The position numbers were made by a program, and so were the translations under genes. Below are positions 49,431 to 63,046 of a stretch of DNA of 64,000 nt, in pieces. The stretch spans positions 1,488,001 to 1,552,000 of the forward strand of contig JAYWIR010000031.1 of assembly GCA_036172245.1 (NCBI GenBank), read 5' to 3'. Below the pieces are notes generated by a model, which saw nothing but the letters and a program-made list of their open reading frames with translations, had not been told where the DNA came from and did no database searches. Every line of letters starts with the position of its first letter. Within the stretch, counting starts at the first letter, position 1. Source of the stretch: Raillietiella orientalis. Its lineage: Eukaryota.

Positions 49431-52400
49431 ACAGCAATTCACGAACAGTGCTGCGTACAGTGCGCGTGGGATGAATTCACCCATCATGCATGCAGGAAGT
49501 CGAATGAGAATAATTGGTTCCTTTAATTTTCTGAAGGACATTCAGGTATGGCACGGAGGTTACATGAAGGAGGATAAAAATGTTGGACTCCATGAGATTC
49601 CGTTAACAAAAGCAGTGGACTTCACGATGCACTTTATTTAAATTTTTATGTGGCACGAATAAGATGCGTTGATTGATGCATCATGGATGATGCTGTCATT
49701 TCTTTTAGTTATGTCAAGGACATGTAAGGTGCTATTTTCGATACACAAAACCTTGGAGTCTGCTCTTCAGCATCTTGAATGTAATTGATGAATGTTTTTT
49801 GTTTTTTCTTTGGTTTTTGATTATTTCATGTCTTGAGCTGCGCTTTTGCAGGATTTTCGTATTCATTCTTTTGTGTTCCCATTTAATTCTGGTTGTTTGT
49901 TCAAATTCTACAGAACACTATTTTAAATTCTTCTTGAGCAGTAAGTACATTTGTAATATGTATTTCATGTGGATTCAGTAATACGTTTTAGAAGTTTCTG
50001 TCAGATTGGTGCTTTGAATAGAAGTTCTAAACATTTTAAGAAACGTTTTTTTTCTTCCTCAAGGAACACAGCCTCCTGTTTTCGTACCAAAAAGTAACAA
50101 AAAAAAATTATGGTGGCCACAGGTTCTGTAATTCAACATTTTACAATATGCCTTATATTTACAAGGAGTTTCAGTAAAGTGATCCAGGATATGTTAGTGA
50201 TTTTGTGGTATTGGAGCCGCATGAATCACGTCATAGAAAGGCAAGATAGTACGATGTATCAAAGTGTTATTCCATGTGAAAGGCAACCTTTTGATTTGGT
50301 GTGTGGGAAGAAGTAAAGCGAAGCGATTTCATTGCATGACCGACAGATAGCACAGGAACAAATCTGGATGCTGTTTTGGATCCCAGTTATCAAACTATGT
50401 TTAGCACGTTGGCATCGTTACGCACCGCGAATTTTTCAATACACTCTCGCTCACGGTGACATTGTGAATTTCATTTTCAAGTTCGAGTGCCCCAGATTGG
50501 AAGTCGTGCCCTGTTATTTATTCAATTTATTTTATTTTATTTTGCCGAATCCATGCCGAATGCTTGCTTTCTGTTAACGGAATCATTTTAAGCGACGCAG
50601 TTCGAGAACGCAAGGGATACAACGACGAATCCCATGTCCTTACCAAGAGAGGGAGCACGAGTGTTCGTTTGCTCTCCTTGACACTTTCCTTATGCACTTT
50701 TCACCACCACCAAGAACGTCAGTTGTTCCAGAGGGTTCTGAGGAGAGTTCTCTCTTTTCGGGAAGACCGCGAAGGATAAGCGATAGCAAAAATCCGAGCG
50801 ATTTCAAGTTTCGGTTGCCAATAGAGAGTGAATTTTCCGAAGACGCAGGGGGTTTGGAATCGGTAAAGGGAGGGAGGGAGGAGGAGATTCTGAGAACCCT
50901 GTCAATCCTGTAAGCCGCGGAGGCGCCGAATCTTCGTGAATTCACGTAATCAACTCTGCAGCTTTACATCGGAACGAAGGCATTTTGAATATTAGAAGAA
51001 GAAATAACGCAATTCTCTGAATAAGAAGAGTGAAGGAACACAAGGACTAATTGTTTTTTTGTTTTTTTTTTTAAAAAAAAAAAGAAAAAAGCGTGTGGAA
51101 TTTGTCTGATGCGGTTATCTGGATTCCTGGCTATCGAGATGATCAGTGTAGAAGTCACGAAGTAGGATTTAAGGTGCTGCCGGAAGTCTCAGGTTTTCCT
51201 CCTCGTGATACGTCTATTCCATGTCGCTTTCATCGAGCCTTTCGTTTGCTGCCTTCCTGGAAACAGCCCGAACAACGCCGTTTCGGAAAATAACTTTCGA
51301 AAATCCTCGGACGAATTTCGGTAATTCATGCGTTAATTGGCAGCTGCACAGCATTCTGTTGCTGCGCCTCATGTCCTCCTCTTCGTATTGCAGATGGTTT
51401 TGTTCTCACGCGATGCTCTAATTAGTATGACCGGTAGTGCTTCTTGATTTGAAAGTCAGTGTATTAGACCCTGGAATCTCTTGCCACGAGCACTGTTTCC
51501 TTGCTGCCGGTTCTTCCTTTATTGCGCACGACCAAAGTGCATCTCATGAATAAGCCGTCACATGCTCATGTCGATTTTTACGCCGTTGATATGCATCTTT
51601 AGGCAGGCAGTTTTCTTGATAGATTCCGAGGTTATACACGAAACTGTGTTTCGTTTCATACATTTCATCACAAAAAGCTTATTTGGAGGTCACGGCAATG
51701 ATCCTCTCCCTTCGTACCTCCCCTTCCTTTATTTTTTTTTTTTTTTTGTTTCTCTTTCTCTCTTCGGATTATTTCCTCTTCATTTCTGTAGACCTCCTTT
51801 TTGGTGATTTGATTTCCTCTTCCAGTACACAGTTGCACATTTAAAGATATTCTATAGATTGCAGAGGCTCACGCTTTAAAATCCTTGTCCGCTTACCATC
51901 AATCAGTAGACACAGCATTGCAAAGCTCTATCACAATATCTAAGTCATTCATTCTAGGCAGAGTACCTATTCTGAAGTTTCGTGCTTGAACAACCAGTGG
52001 GGCTTCTCAACATCATAACGAGTCGACTTTTTCGCACTCACCAAAGGTTGAGCTTTATCTTTGATTTATAATAAAGTTGGCATGATTCCCGTGAAGGGCT
52101 TTCATGTAAACATCTTGAGTCTTTCGATGCGGAATTCATCTTGCCTGTATTGGAAGCAAAGAATCTTCTCAGGATTTCACTTCTAATACCATCCAAGCTC
52201 CGATGCACGTTGGTGAGTTCTGCAACGAACTCCAATACTTGCAATTATTGAGGAGCCCTTCAGCGTTTCACAAGCTTCTATGTATATATCACGCTTCTCT
52301 CTATGTTCATTTGTAGTACATTGACACAGGCTGTTCTCCTCATATGCGTATATATGCATGCTTAGTATTTCCTGATTTCCCTAACTTGTATATACATGCA

Positions 52401-55349
52401 TGACTTTTTTGGTTTCTTTTTTTTTTTTTTTTTTAAAAAAAAAGTTGTTTCTATCAAGCAGCCTTTCTTTTTCGATCTGTTCTTGCTGCGGTCATCTCTT
52501 CTGATTTGTTCCTTCGAAGTTCAGTTAGGCGGAAAATCGTTAGAAGTTCCTTTCCATTTACTCGGCGTTTCTGGCCAAGATCTTCGAGTCTTGCACATCT
52601 AGTGAAGTTACGTTTCCATTCAGAATTCATCCGAGGGATGAATTCAGTATTTTAGTGCGCAGGATGATTCTCTCATCGGCTGTTTCGTTGTTCGGGTGTT
52701 TTGTTCGACAAGCAAGGCACTCGAAACAGCTGTCTTCTGGATCCATCCTGCTTTCGATGAGGTGGTCTTAGCAACAGCATTTGGAACGGGGATTGTATTC
52801 CTTGCATGATCACTGATATTGGATGCACTTGGTGACCACAGAAGTCACCACATTTGCAATCTTAACGGCAGCAGGCTGAATTCGCCTCTTCTAAACCAGA
52901 TTATAATTTCAAAAGAAAAAAAAATCGCGGATCATCCTACGAACCTGAGGAACAGTGGTAGTTCTTCCAAGATGCAAATGTAGAAGCAGCGTGTTCTTAA
53001 GAACGTGCAAAGCATTCGAAGGGATGCTTTTGCGTATGCAGTAAAAATAGTTACGATGGTAAACCGAAGCTAAAGTCTGCACGTACGAAACTGAACTCGA
53101 AAAAAAGGAAGAGATCTTTTCCAATATTCTCAGCATCCTTGTACTCGAAAGAGATTAGCGAAAATCACGCCATCTGAAAAAACACACACAAAAAACAAAA
53201 AATCCCTTCCCTAGTTAAGGGAGTCGTCGAACACGCATCTTCCGAATTACAGGCAGGCTGTAAATTGAGATGAATGCAAAGACGCATGACAAGATAAAGC
53301 AAGCCTCGCTCACAAAAGTCTCACAAGGAATCGGGAAGGGCAGTCTCGAAATGAGGAACACAATTAGCGTGGGAGGTCGATTTCCTGAACAGTTCCCCGC
53401 ACTACCCCGGAAAGTTCGTTGAGGAGGGGCGCAATTTCTGCGGCCCCATCCGTCTCACTGGCAGCCATCTCTTCTTAGCTTGACTCCTCTTCCAGAAAAA
53501 AGAGTTGCTTTCACACTGCATTCTGAGCTCTTATTCTCTTGTGCAGAAATCGAATCCAAGGTGGTGGATGTGCATGCCGATGTAGCTTGTAGTACTATCA
53601 AAGTGAGAATACGGAAGGCTGAAAGACAGATACCATGTCCTGCAGGACACTCTCCACGAGACCCCACATTGCATCAAAGCTATTTCTGTGAACCAGAGGC
53701 AAAAGGTTCCAAAAATCTGCAGCCACAATATCCGCATGCGACGTCGGAAACTTTCACGAAACAGACTGGAAGGACACGCGGATCAAGGGGAAGATCAAAC
53801 TCTCGGGAGGCTGAAGCTTCGTCTCTCCCCTTGGCTGAGGAGGGCGGGAAAACCAGTTGCTCTCATCTGCTTTCAGCAGTTTACCTTTAAGTGCGTATGT
53901 CGAGGCTCTAGCACCCATTTTTGACCTTCCTTTTTGACCCATTTTTGCTCCAAGTCAATTTTTACCCTGGTTCCTCGACAGTGGGAGTTTTGCCTTTTTT
54001 CTGTGGTTCTTTCAGAAGGCGAGATTTTGTAATGGAAATCAGTCTTCCTCAGAATGGTCTCTCCTGCAGACAGGGGGGAGTCGCTTCGGATCACGTCAGG
54101 GAAACGCGAAAGTTCCTCCCCACTTTACTATGTGAAATGTGTGCGCGCATTCGGGGGGGGGGGGATGCACCTTCAGAATCAAGATTGGCCCATCGGACGG
54201 AACGGAAAAGCTTGCGTTTTCGGCGTAGGGTGCGCACCCAAGCTCCGTACCCATCAGCTGACAAGAGGTGTCGGCAGATGTACTGTGAAACACACAGGGG
54301 GAGGTACAATGGACGAATGCTCAGGACCCCAGTTTCACTGACTCACGTGAACGGTCCTTCCGGTCATTCGTTGCGGCACAAGCTTTTTCCGACCTCGAAC
54401 GAGCCTCGTACGCGTCATCCTTGTTCCGGGCGAAATGCCAAGCGTCTCCCCCACATGCAATTTGTTGTCCTCTCTGGAGCCGCATCTCCCGCAATTCAAG
54501 ACGCACGTGTCTTTTGTTGCACTTTGCCTCTCACGGGGAGGAAGAAGGGAGGGATCGTTGAATTCATCTGCCCGGGTTGTCTCGAGCAACGTCTCGAGCG
54601 TGTCTTTTTTTTTTTCTGGAACGTCCCGAGCTCACTTTTCGTTTGTCGATAAATGCCAAAAAGGTGACCTCGTGCAGATTTCCAAACCTGGAAGCTGCTA
54701 GGTGCTTCCCTTCTCCGCAATTCGCTTCCGTTTCTCCCTCAGACCTCCACCGCAGACCTCTCCCTCTTCCACGATTCTCTGTGGACGGCAGCAGCGGCCG
54801 CATTACCTCATCGCCCACGCTCCCAAACCAAACGCGATCTCGGTTTCGCCGAATCGGGGAGGCACCGGGTTTTCTGGGAATCGTAGGCCTAGGGGGAATC
54901 CTCGGCCCGTGTGGGCTGTACCTCTCTTGCGTCGCTTCATCCCACGGTCGCTTCCTCTCTCTCGTTTCCCCGCGAAGGTCGCCCGCAGATAAGCTCTCGC
55001 ACCTAAAAACCGGAAAGGGAAGCGTTCGGTTCGTTTGGAGGATCCCACGGGAGCAGAACAGCGGCGGCGGCTCCGGTCTTGCCAGCTGCTTCCTGCCTCC
55101 CAGAGAACCTCGCCGCTCTATTTTCGTGAACAGTCGGTTTCTTAATTTTCTCACTTACCTCGTTGAACAGGTTCTCGTTGTTTCTCTGGCAACGTGGAAG
55201 CCGGGTGACTCCTCCTGAAGAAAGTACCACGCACTGCACTGCAGGAAGAGTGGCAGAATTCCTAAAGTGTTATCTTCCTTCCCCCTCCTCCCTCTCTCTC
55301 TCCATTTTCCGTGGCGTGGCTTTCAGGGTGTTGTAGATCTTGTGGATGG

Positions 55350-56800
55350 GCAGCATTTCGTGTGCTCCTCAGTCTCTCTGCCATAAGCTGCCCGCACTCT
55401 GGAAACGGAGCTCCTCCTCACCTTTTTCGTTTCCACGTTCCTGCCATGGCGACACGTTCGGATGTTTTCGTCCTGGCAACATTTTAGGCAAGTCGTCATC
55501 ACCATGAAATTCCTTTCTTGGAACGTCGTCCACTCAACCTCACGTTCCCAGAAGCAGCTCCTTAGTTTGGATTTTGTGATCGGCCGTTCCTTAGTGGATG
55601 GGATTGGTCACGGAACCCCGAGAACCAAGCAAACGCAGTCGCCCCGGTCAAAGTAATGGATTTGGCGTGACGCGCTTTCCTTACACGAAAGGAGGCGGCA
55701 AATTCCTCTACGGAACGCCTGCGAGCGCGTGCCGCGTTCTCCTCCGAAGAGTCAGGCTGGCGCTTTCAGGGTCGTTGTAAATCCTTAAACCTCGGAAGAT
55801 CATCTTTGCTCCTCGACTTGCTTCTGCCCGTTTTCTCTGGATCCAGCTTTCTTGATTCCTCTGACTGCGGATGAAAGGGACGTGCGGTCTGCCCGTGTTC
55901 GATCCCTTTCTTCTTTTCTCTCTGAGCCCGGGAAATCGGTTACATCTGGAATCCCGTAAGTCACAGCGTACTGATCCTTGCAAAAGGAATTTTTCAAGAA
56001 GATGTCAGCAACACCTGAGTAGTACAGCGAAACTGATTAGGCGTCTTTCCCACTGAATCGCCTCAGATGCGAACAGCAGCGTGGCTTGTCGAGCGCACGT
56101 TTTTCAATCTCTTCTTATTTGCCAAGAGAACTCCATGGACAAGACCTCCCCTAAGTGTCCAAAGTATTGGAATATTCTTTCAAGAGGCGGTACTCGAATA
56201 AAGGGAACGGCTCGTGCAAGGGCTTCCACGAGGAGGCGATTTCCACTTCAGCAATCTTTCGCGACTTTGCCCACTGCGTGCCGCTGCCGTCTCGAGTTCC
56301 CGTTCGGCGTGGTGGACCTCTCAAGGCTTGCGACAGAGGAGAGCGCGTTTCGATAGAGCGCCGAAGAGAAATAGATTGGCATGGCTCAAGTAGGTTTCAC
56401 ATCTTGAAAGAGCCGTGCATTTCCGAAAGTCGATGTGGCAGCCCTGCTCCGACTGCTCGGTCACAATGCTCTTCTGTGGCTTTTCCCACAATTTTGCCCT
56501 AGGTGGCACCTTGTTGTCCTTGTTCTGCAGAGTGCGACGATTCTCGTGTGCGCTTCTTCTTGCTCCATCTCGAAGCATGTTTCAGCAGACCACCGAAGAA
56601 ACTGAGCACGCTGGGATTGAGACGAATTCGGAAGACTCATAATCGAGTGTCTTCACAGACTGTTTCACAGAAGTCTCGATTTGATGGCTGCATCCTTGTG
56701 TACCAACTGAAAGTGTTGGCCGAAGGGCGAATACGTGATCAGCTCATGGGGGAGAAACAGAAGTATTTCATCTATTGATTGGAAGTAACAAAAAACCACG
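55350..56800 (-). mobile_element. Very decayed RLE-type retrotransposon relic
   Basis: IDEILLFLPHELI (D...AF.SVPH..I), ETYLS (Y.YLG), RGGL (GGLG) and VMTTC (IDVTC), in order on the minus strand. Confidence 0.3.
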
Positions 56801-59089
56801 CAGAGCAAATAAGGGGACCGTTAACATCTGCGTTAACATTGAGTATTGATCGGAACAGGTTGGCTGTTTTGGTCGGCGAACTCGAAAGGGGTCCTCGAAT
56901 TCCGACTGGCCAATTTGGCGGAGGTTTCTTTCCGGATACTCGTTTCCAGAAGCTTTTTCCCATCATGTACAAGAGAGCAGCGCTTGGACTCAGCTGCAGC
57001 CGATCTTTGAGCTGTTTTCTCCCGCGCACACTCTTCTGCGGAAATTTCGTGTTACCGTAGTCCTCTATTTCGCTAGCCCTGTGGATTTTCTTTCGCGCGA
57101 TCTACGCAGGTATTCCATACCGAATTGCCCGGGGAAGTCATCTCGCGCTTTTGCAAAGCTGTTTGACCGACGATTCTCTGCATGTCAAGCCGTTGCTTCC
57201 AGCTCCGTGACTTCCGTGTTGACTGATCCTGAAAACCGGCACATCTAGATCGTCACAACGAAAAAGCCAGCGTTGCAGATAAGCTTATGTGAGCAAGAGG
57301 AGAAAAGGCAGACGGAGCAGTTTGAACGGAAGCATGAACAGGAAGAGACGAGAGTTTGAACTCGTTGAAAGATTGGTGGAATAGATGTATCGGTTGATGC
57401 AACTGAGTAGTGTTTTTGGCATATCAGATGATGGTTGCTGAACATAACTACCCTCATGAGATACGGTTATGCGGAAAGCTTGATGACTGGAAAAATGCAG
57501 AGGAGGAATAGCTGCAAGGAAATCGGAGGGAGAGTTTATCATGTCTGTTTCAGAGGCAGTGATTATGTGGGAGCCTTGGGTACGAGTGAGAGGGAACATG
57601 GGGGTGCTGATTAATACCAGACCTTTAACAGCCATTTCGCGATTTACAGACCATGCCTAAAGTGGTCTATCTACATCGTTTGGTAGTCTCTGCTCGGGCT
57701 AACTAAAAAGTCTGCACTTTAACAGCTTCTCCTTTTCGTGGCAGGCTGTTTGCTGCACACATACATTCCACTATGCATCGGTTGCAACTAGACGTTCACT
57801 TTGTGGAAGGCCATCCCATCCCTGAAGTTTCTCCTCAGTCCACCTATTGCCATCCGTTAAAACCTTAGCTCTCACAAGTATCTTTTATCCACTTCTTGGA
57901 CGGGTGCCTTCTTCTTGCCCCGCCAGTGTATTGTTTACTGTCTTAATTTCTGCTGATTCATCTTGACGTGACATTTGTCTTGTGATTTCGTCTGAAAAGA
58001 CATCCCAGAACCTCGAATAACAGTACTTTGATTGAGCACTCAATCGACATTATACTTCCCCGCGTCGAGGACCGGCATCTTAGGCTGGCCGATGTCCTAA
58101 GAACATCCTAGTTCTTGGAATATCTCTTGGATTCCTTCCGCTTTTTCCTCAATGGTGCTGATCGCTGAGTTCAGTTGTCGAAAGCGGTAGAACCCATTGT
58201 GAGATCCCACCTCGTGGCTCATGCAGTCTGACACAGTCGAAAAAAATAAACAAATAAAAATAAAACGGACAAGTCCAAGGTATGGCCAGCAGCTTGCTTG
58301 CGATTCCTGACCACCACTCCCGCACAAGCAGCGCCTTCCTGCTTCAGGTTTTCAACTTCCCATGGCCGCTTCCGATGTACAACTGTGACTGATCTTTATG
58401 AGTTACTACGTACTGCGTGCGTACGATAATCAAAAGGTAGGAAACAGCTTTGTAACCGAATCCTGCCGTCATTATCGTGGTCGGTGCATATGTGCTTCTC
58501 GTTTCTTTTACGACCACCACAACTTTCTCCATGAGGACTACATTATGAATATCAGTGTGCCGAACGGACCAAGGCACATTCTTTCGGCTCTCTTTGCTTC
58601 ATTATGTCTTTATTTAGCGTTTTCTTTTTGATGGAATGGTAACATTCATGGCCGTGGTCTAGAGTTGGATCGAATGAGGTTCTCAGACTCCATCGCAGTC
58701 CAAGAGAGGATTTCCATTGATTTCGACTAGCAGCTTTCACTGATTCCGTCGCTTGTCTTCAGATCTTGGCCTAGGTCTGGGTTCCTTTCTTTCAAGGGCG
58801 TTTCGGTTCTTTCCATTGCTCCCGTACGCGTTGCGTCCACATGCAAACTTGTAGTCAGTTTCCTTGCCTTGTTCGTTTTGCCCAAGGCATTTCTTTTCCG
58901 TTCCTATGACCTTCCTCATCATGGCGGCTATTTTGCTTCGATGCGGGTCGTCTAACGCATGCTTTATTTGGGTGGAACGCTCCTGCAGTCCCTGCAGTCG
59001 TGAACCCTACTCCTCCTCCTCCTCTTTGCGGCAACACATTCCTGTTCCTTTTCCTAGCTGTTTCTCAAAGCCATCTCTGGTTCACGTAG

Positions 59090-60500
59090 CAAACCACTGG
59101 CGCGTATTTCTCCGCTCTCTGAGCAAAGGTGCCAGCAGATTCTGAAAACAATGCAGCTAACCATCCAAGTTTATTTGCTTCACGGTTCAGGTTGTTTCAG
59201 CCGATGGCTTTTGGGAGCGACTCATCCTTTGTTGCCCAGTGCGACCCTTCGAAGCGATCGCATTCTTCGGTAGTCTGGCCAAGACCAAACAGCTGCCTCC
59301 GCGGGCACTCTTGGAGAGTCAGCGTCGGACGGTGACGGACACAGTGTTTATTTACAACGATGCCCCCTCGTTGGCGAGATGGAGGCTTGGTTTCGTTGTG
59401 ATAGTCCAGACTATCCTGTCTCCCTGTTGCCTCTATGTTCAGTTTGCGAGAGCGCAGATGGTGACAGCAAAAGCAGAGGTTGTGCACCTTTTCCGTTTGA
59501 AAACGCTGAAGACGGCTGACAGCCGTTTGGTCCCACAGTGGAGTCTTCCAGGTTGACGACCCACAGTTGGGACGCGGGAATTGATCACTGATGTTACAGC
59601 AGGGAGTGAAAAGTGGGGGCTTCTTGTCAGGAATGGCCTTTCGATCTTCGAAGGATCTCAGCGATTTTGGTGTCCGTCGCCGCTCAGCAGCGCCCTTCTC
59701 GTTTCTGAGCATACGCGCCGCTGCGTACCTCCTTCCCCTGCGTCCTCCGAACTCCTTGTTCACCTCCTCTCTGAAGAGTCGGGAAGCGGGTCACAGCAGC
59801 CAGCCTCCTAATCCTCGAGGCGTTAGCGTCTCTGCGCTGGACGCTTTGCTTAGGAAAGGTCTACTGCGTCGGTCTTGGCGTCCGCGGTGCCTAGTACCTT
59901 TCGAGGTCCCCCACACGTGCTCCTGCGGTCGCAGCTGTTTCCTGAGCATGCCTGCTGGAGACGCGAACGGGATGGTCCCCACGAAAGGGCGCTGAGTGAG
60001 GGATCTCTCTCTTCTGCCTGTCACCTCTGCTCCCCGTTTTCTCTTCCCTTGCTGCGAGGGGCAAGCAGCGGGGAGCGCGGACTCGCTCCACCCGCTCGCA
60101 CGCGGAGAGAGCCTTCGCCATAGCGGACTCGTTCCTTCCGGTGGTTGTGATGCAATCTGCCTCTCTCGCCGACTGTTCCCGCGTCTTGGGCGTGGCTACT
60201 CCCGCGCAGGGCCTCCTGTTGCTGCTCCTTTGTGCCTTCAGCCTCCGGGCAGCGAGAGAAGGAAGCACCGGTTTGCTTCTTTCGGTCTTCAAGAGATGGC
60301 ACTTTCGAACGGACAGTCACTGCCTTCGAGCTGCAGATAGGACGCCGACGAACACACGTCTCTCCTTCCCCACAGCTCTACACCTAGCTTATCCGGGAGC
60401 AGCCTTTCGCGAGGGCATATTCCGGCTCTCGGGTCTTCCTGAGGAGGTCCTGCGCTGCGGTCGCATCCCTTATCCAGGGCTCCACCTCGGGTCTTCGGAA
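59090..60500 (-). mobile_element. Decayed NeSL/Utopia-like RT-RLE relic
   Basis: KGCDRS (QGCPLS, ~60470), GVATP, LCFCCHH and EGSHWATKDESLPKAIG (cf. VGSLGSW..KNDE.I..LG in the 1-967 copy), in order. Confidence 0.4.
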
Positions 60501-61679
60501 AACGTCTGGGAAAGAAATGGAAGTGACTGCGCTCCCTGAACGGGAGCCAGGACCGTCCAGGAACCGACGCGGTGTTAGCCCCACTTTTGCTGTTGCTGCT
60601 CCTCCTGCTTCTCTTCCTCTGCGCTCCTCGACAGAGGGAATGGTAGGGGAGGGGAGGGGGGGGGGCGAAGGCTGCCGCGTCGATGTCGCTGCCACCGCAC
60701 TAATTAGCGTGGTCAAAGTGGAGAATCCACATAAACGTCGAGAGAAGGTGCTGCGCTGTCTTGCTCAGGGGCGGAAAGGGAGACGTATCTCGTCGACGTA
60801 CCGTGATGGACGCGCCAGACTGAAACTCCTCGGGGAAAACGACGCGCGCCGCGCACGCATGCACGCAGGGATCGATAGGTCGGGTTGCGAGGTGGAGTTG
60901 AACTGTGGCCAGGTTGGAGACGCCTCCAAGTCTGAGGCTTGGCAGCTCTCCCAGCCTCCGCCGGTTCGGCCACTTTCGTCTCATTCCGCGCTCCCCTTCC
61001 CCTCCTCCGCCCACCCCCACCCGCGCGCTCGCTCGCACGCGTTTCCCTTGCGACGCAGGGGACCCCTGCCTCCTTTTCTCCTGTTCGGAGGGTGAGGGAG
61101 GGGTCCGAACGTAGGTCTCGTCCCACTCCCTGGATGCGTTCCCACAGGATCTCCGGGGGTCGTAACTCCCCTTCCGCCTTTCCTCCGGCGGCGAGAGACT
61201 GCCTGCTCCCTTCCTTTCCTCCGGGCAAACGCCGCCGCTCCCGTGGGCTTTCGCTTCCGGCGCGACCCGCGAGGCGCGAAGAGAGGGAGGGCGGGGGCGG
61301 GGGACGCGCATCCCACTTTCGACCCGCTTCTTCGCGCGTGCCATCCGCTGCCAAGTGGAAGTGGATGCGGACCGAAAAAGTAGTGCACGATACTTGAGAA
61401 GTAGCGCGCGGGCCGGGTTGTTATGGGTAACGGGAGCGGCGGGAGTCTCTCCGGGACGCTCCGCAAGTGGATGTGTTTCGGCGCGGAGCGTGCCTCACGC
61501 TCTTGAACCCCCCGGGTCGCAGAGGCGCCTTCTGGTCACTCAGCTCACCTCCGCCTGTTCTTTCTTGTGCCGCGCCTAGTGCCCCGAACGCACTGAAATC
61601 CCCTCCTGCCCCTCCCCTTTCCCCCTCTCCCTCCCCCTCTTCTCTTTCCTGAGGGCAGAGTGCTCCTTCGGCCCCGGCC

Positions 61680-62973
61680 ATGCCCGCGGGCTTGCTTCGG
61701 AAGCCGAGCTTCAAGGCGGTCGCTCCAGTTCCAGGTAAACGCGGGAAAAAACTCCCTCCGCGCCCCTGCCTCATTCCCATCCCGCCTCTCTTCTCCCCCC
61801 TCTCTCCTCCTTATTTTCTTTTCTGACTCCCTCATCGTTTCCCTAGGATCCGCGAGATGGCCAGGCGCATCGGGAGTTGGGCGGGCGCACACCCCAGGTG
61901 TGACAGCAGCAATGCAGGAGTGCATGCACAGACCTTTCCCCTTCTCTCCCTTTCCCCTCTATCCATGGGTTTCCCGGGCACTCGCAGGGGTGTTCCACCG
62001 CGTCGGACGGCGAGGACCCTAGTCCCACGGGTCCCTGCGCAAACCGGACGCGGCGGACCTTCTTACTCCTCTTCCTCCTTATCCTCGGCCGTCCGGTGTG
62101 ACTGTCCCGATCCCTCGCGCGGTCCGCGAGTGGCCGCCACCGCTGCGGGAGCGGCGCCGCGCTTGCCAGGGAGCCCTGCTACTGCCGCAACACACCGTGT
62201 TTACTTTTTCAGGTGCGGAGGTGTGGCATCCTAGTTTTCAGACGCCTTCGAGGAGCGAAGAGAAGTCCCCGGTGTTCCTGCTGAACGAGCACGCTCCTGC
62301 GCCTACGCCGCCGTCCCCGGAGAGACCGGCGTCGTCCCGTGCCGCGGAGTCCACATGCCCCTCGGCGGCGGCAGTTAAGGTTTTTGTGGAATCCTCAGTC
62401 TTCCTACTCTCCTGCATGCTCGCCCTTGGCGCCGGACCGGCAGCCCGAGGCGCACAGCTTTACCCTCCTGGACGACAGACCCCGTACCTCCATCTCTGCC
62501 CCTCTTGCAGTTCGGCGCCCCGCGCGACGAGCAGGCGACCCACCACCTGATCATCGTCGAGAGGAAGCCCCTGCCCGCGCCCTCGGAGAACGGCACGGGC
62601 GCCTTGTCCCTGCCTCGGAGATCAGGAGCGGGAATTCTCGGCGGAGGCGACGGGGCAGGTCCGACGGGGCGGGCTAACTCGTCGGGAGGCTACCGCTTGC
62701 TTTAGGTGCGCGGCCGCTGTCGCAGGCGGCCTCCAACATCGTTTCGACCTTGGAGAAGAAAACGGACATCAGCCGCCTCCCGAAGTTCGAAAACCCATAC
62801 GTGACCCTTCTGCACACCAACAGAGGTACCCATTGTGGCAGCGGCCACTCTCTCTCTCTCTGTTCTTCCTCTTTTGCATTCGGGATGCTGTCCAACAACC
62901 ATTCGCCAATTTGGAGCCATTCCACCGTGGTGACTCTTCGGCTCTGCTTTCATATTAAGGTTTTCTTTTGTGC

Positions 62974-63046
<73 letters not shown>

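Noticed and set aside
58069..58102. Possible pseudoknot ggaccggcatcttaggctggccgatgtcctaaga
   Set aside because: Stems are short and overlapping, it is single-copy, and it has no ribozyme consensus.
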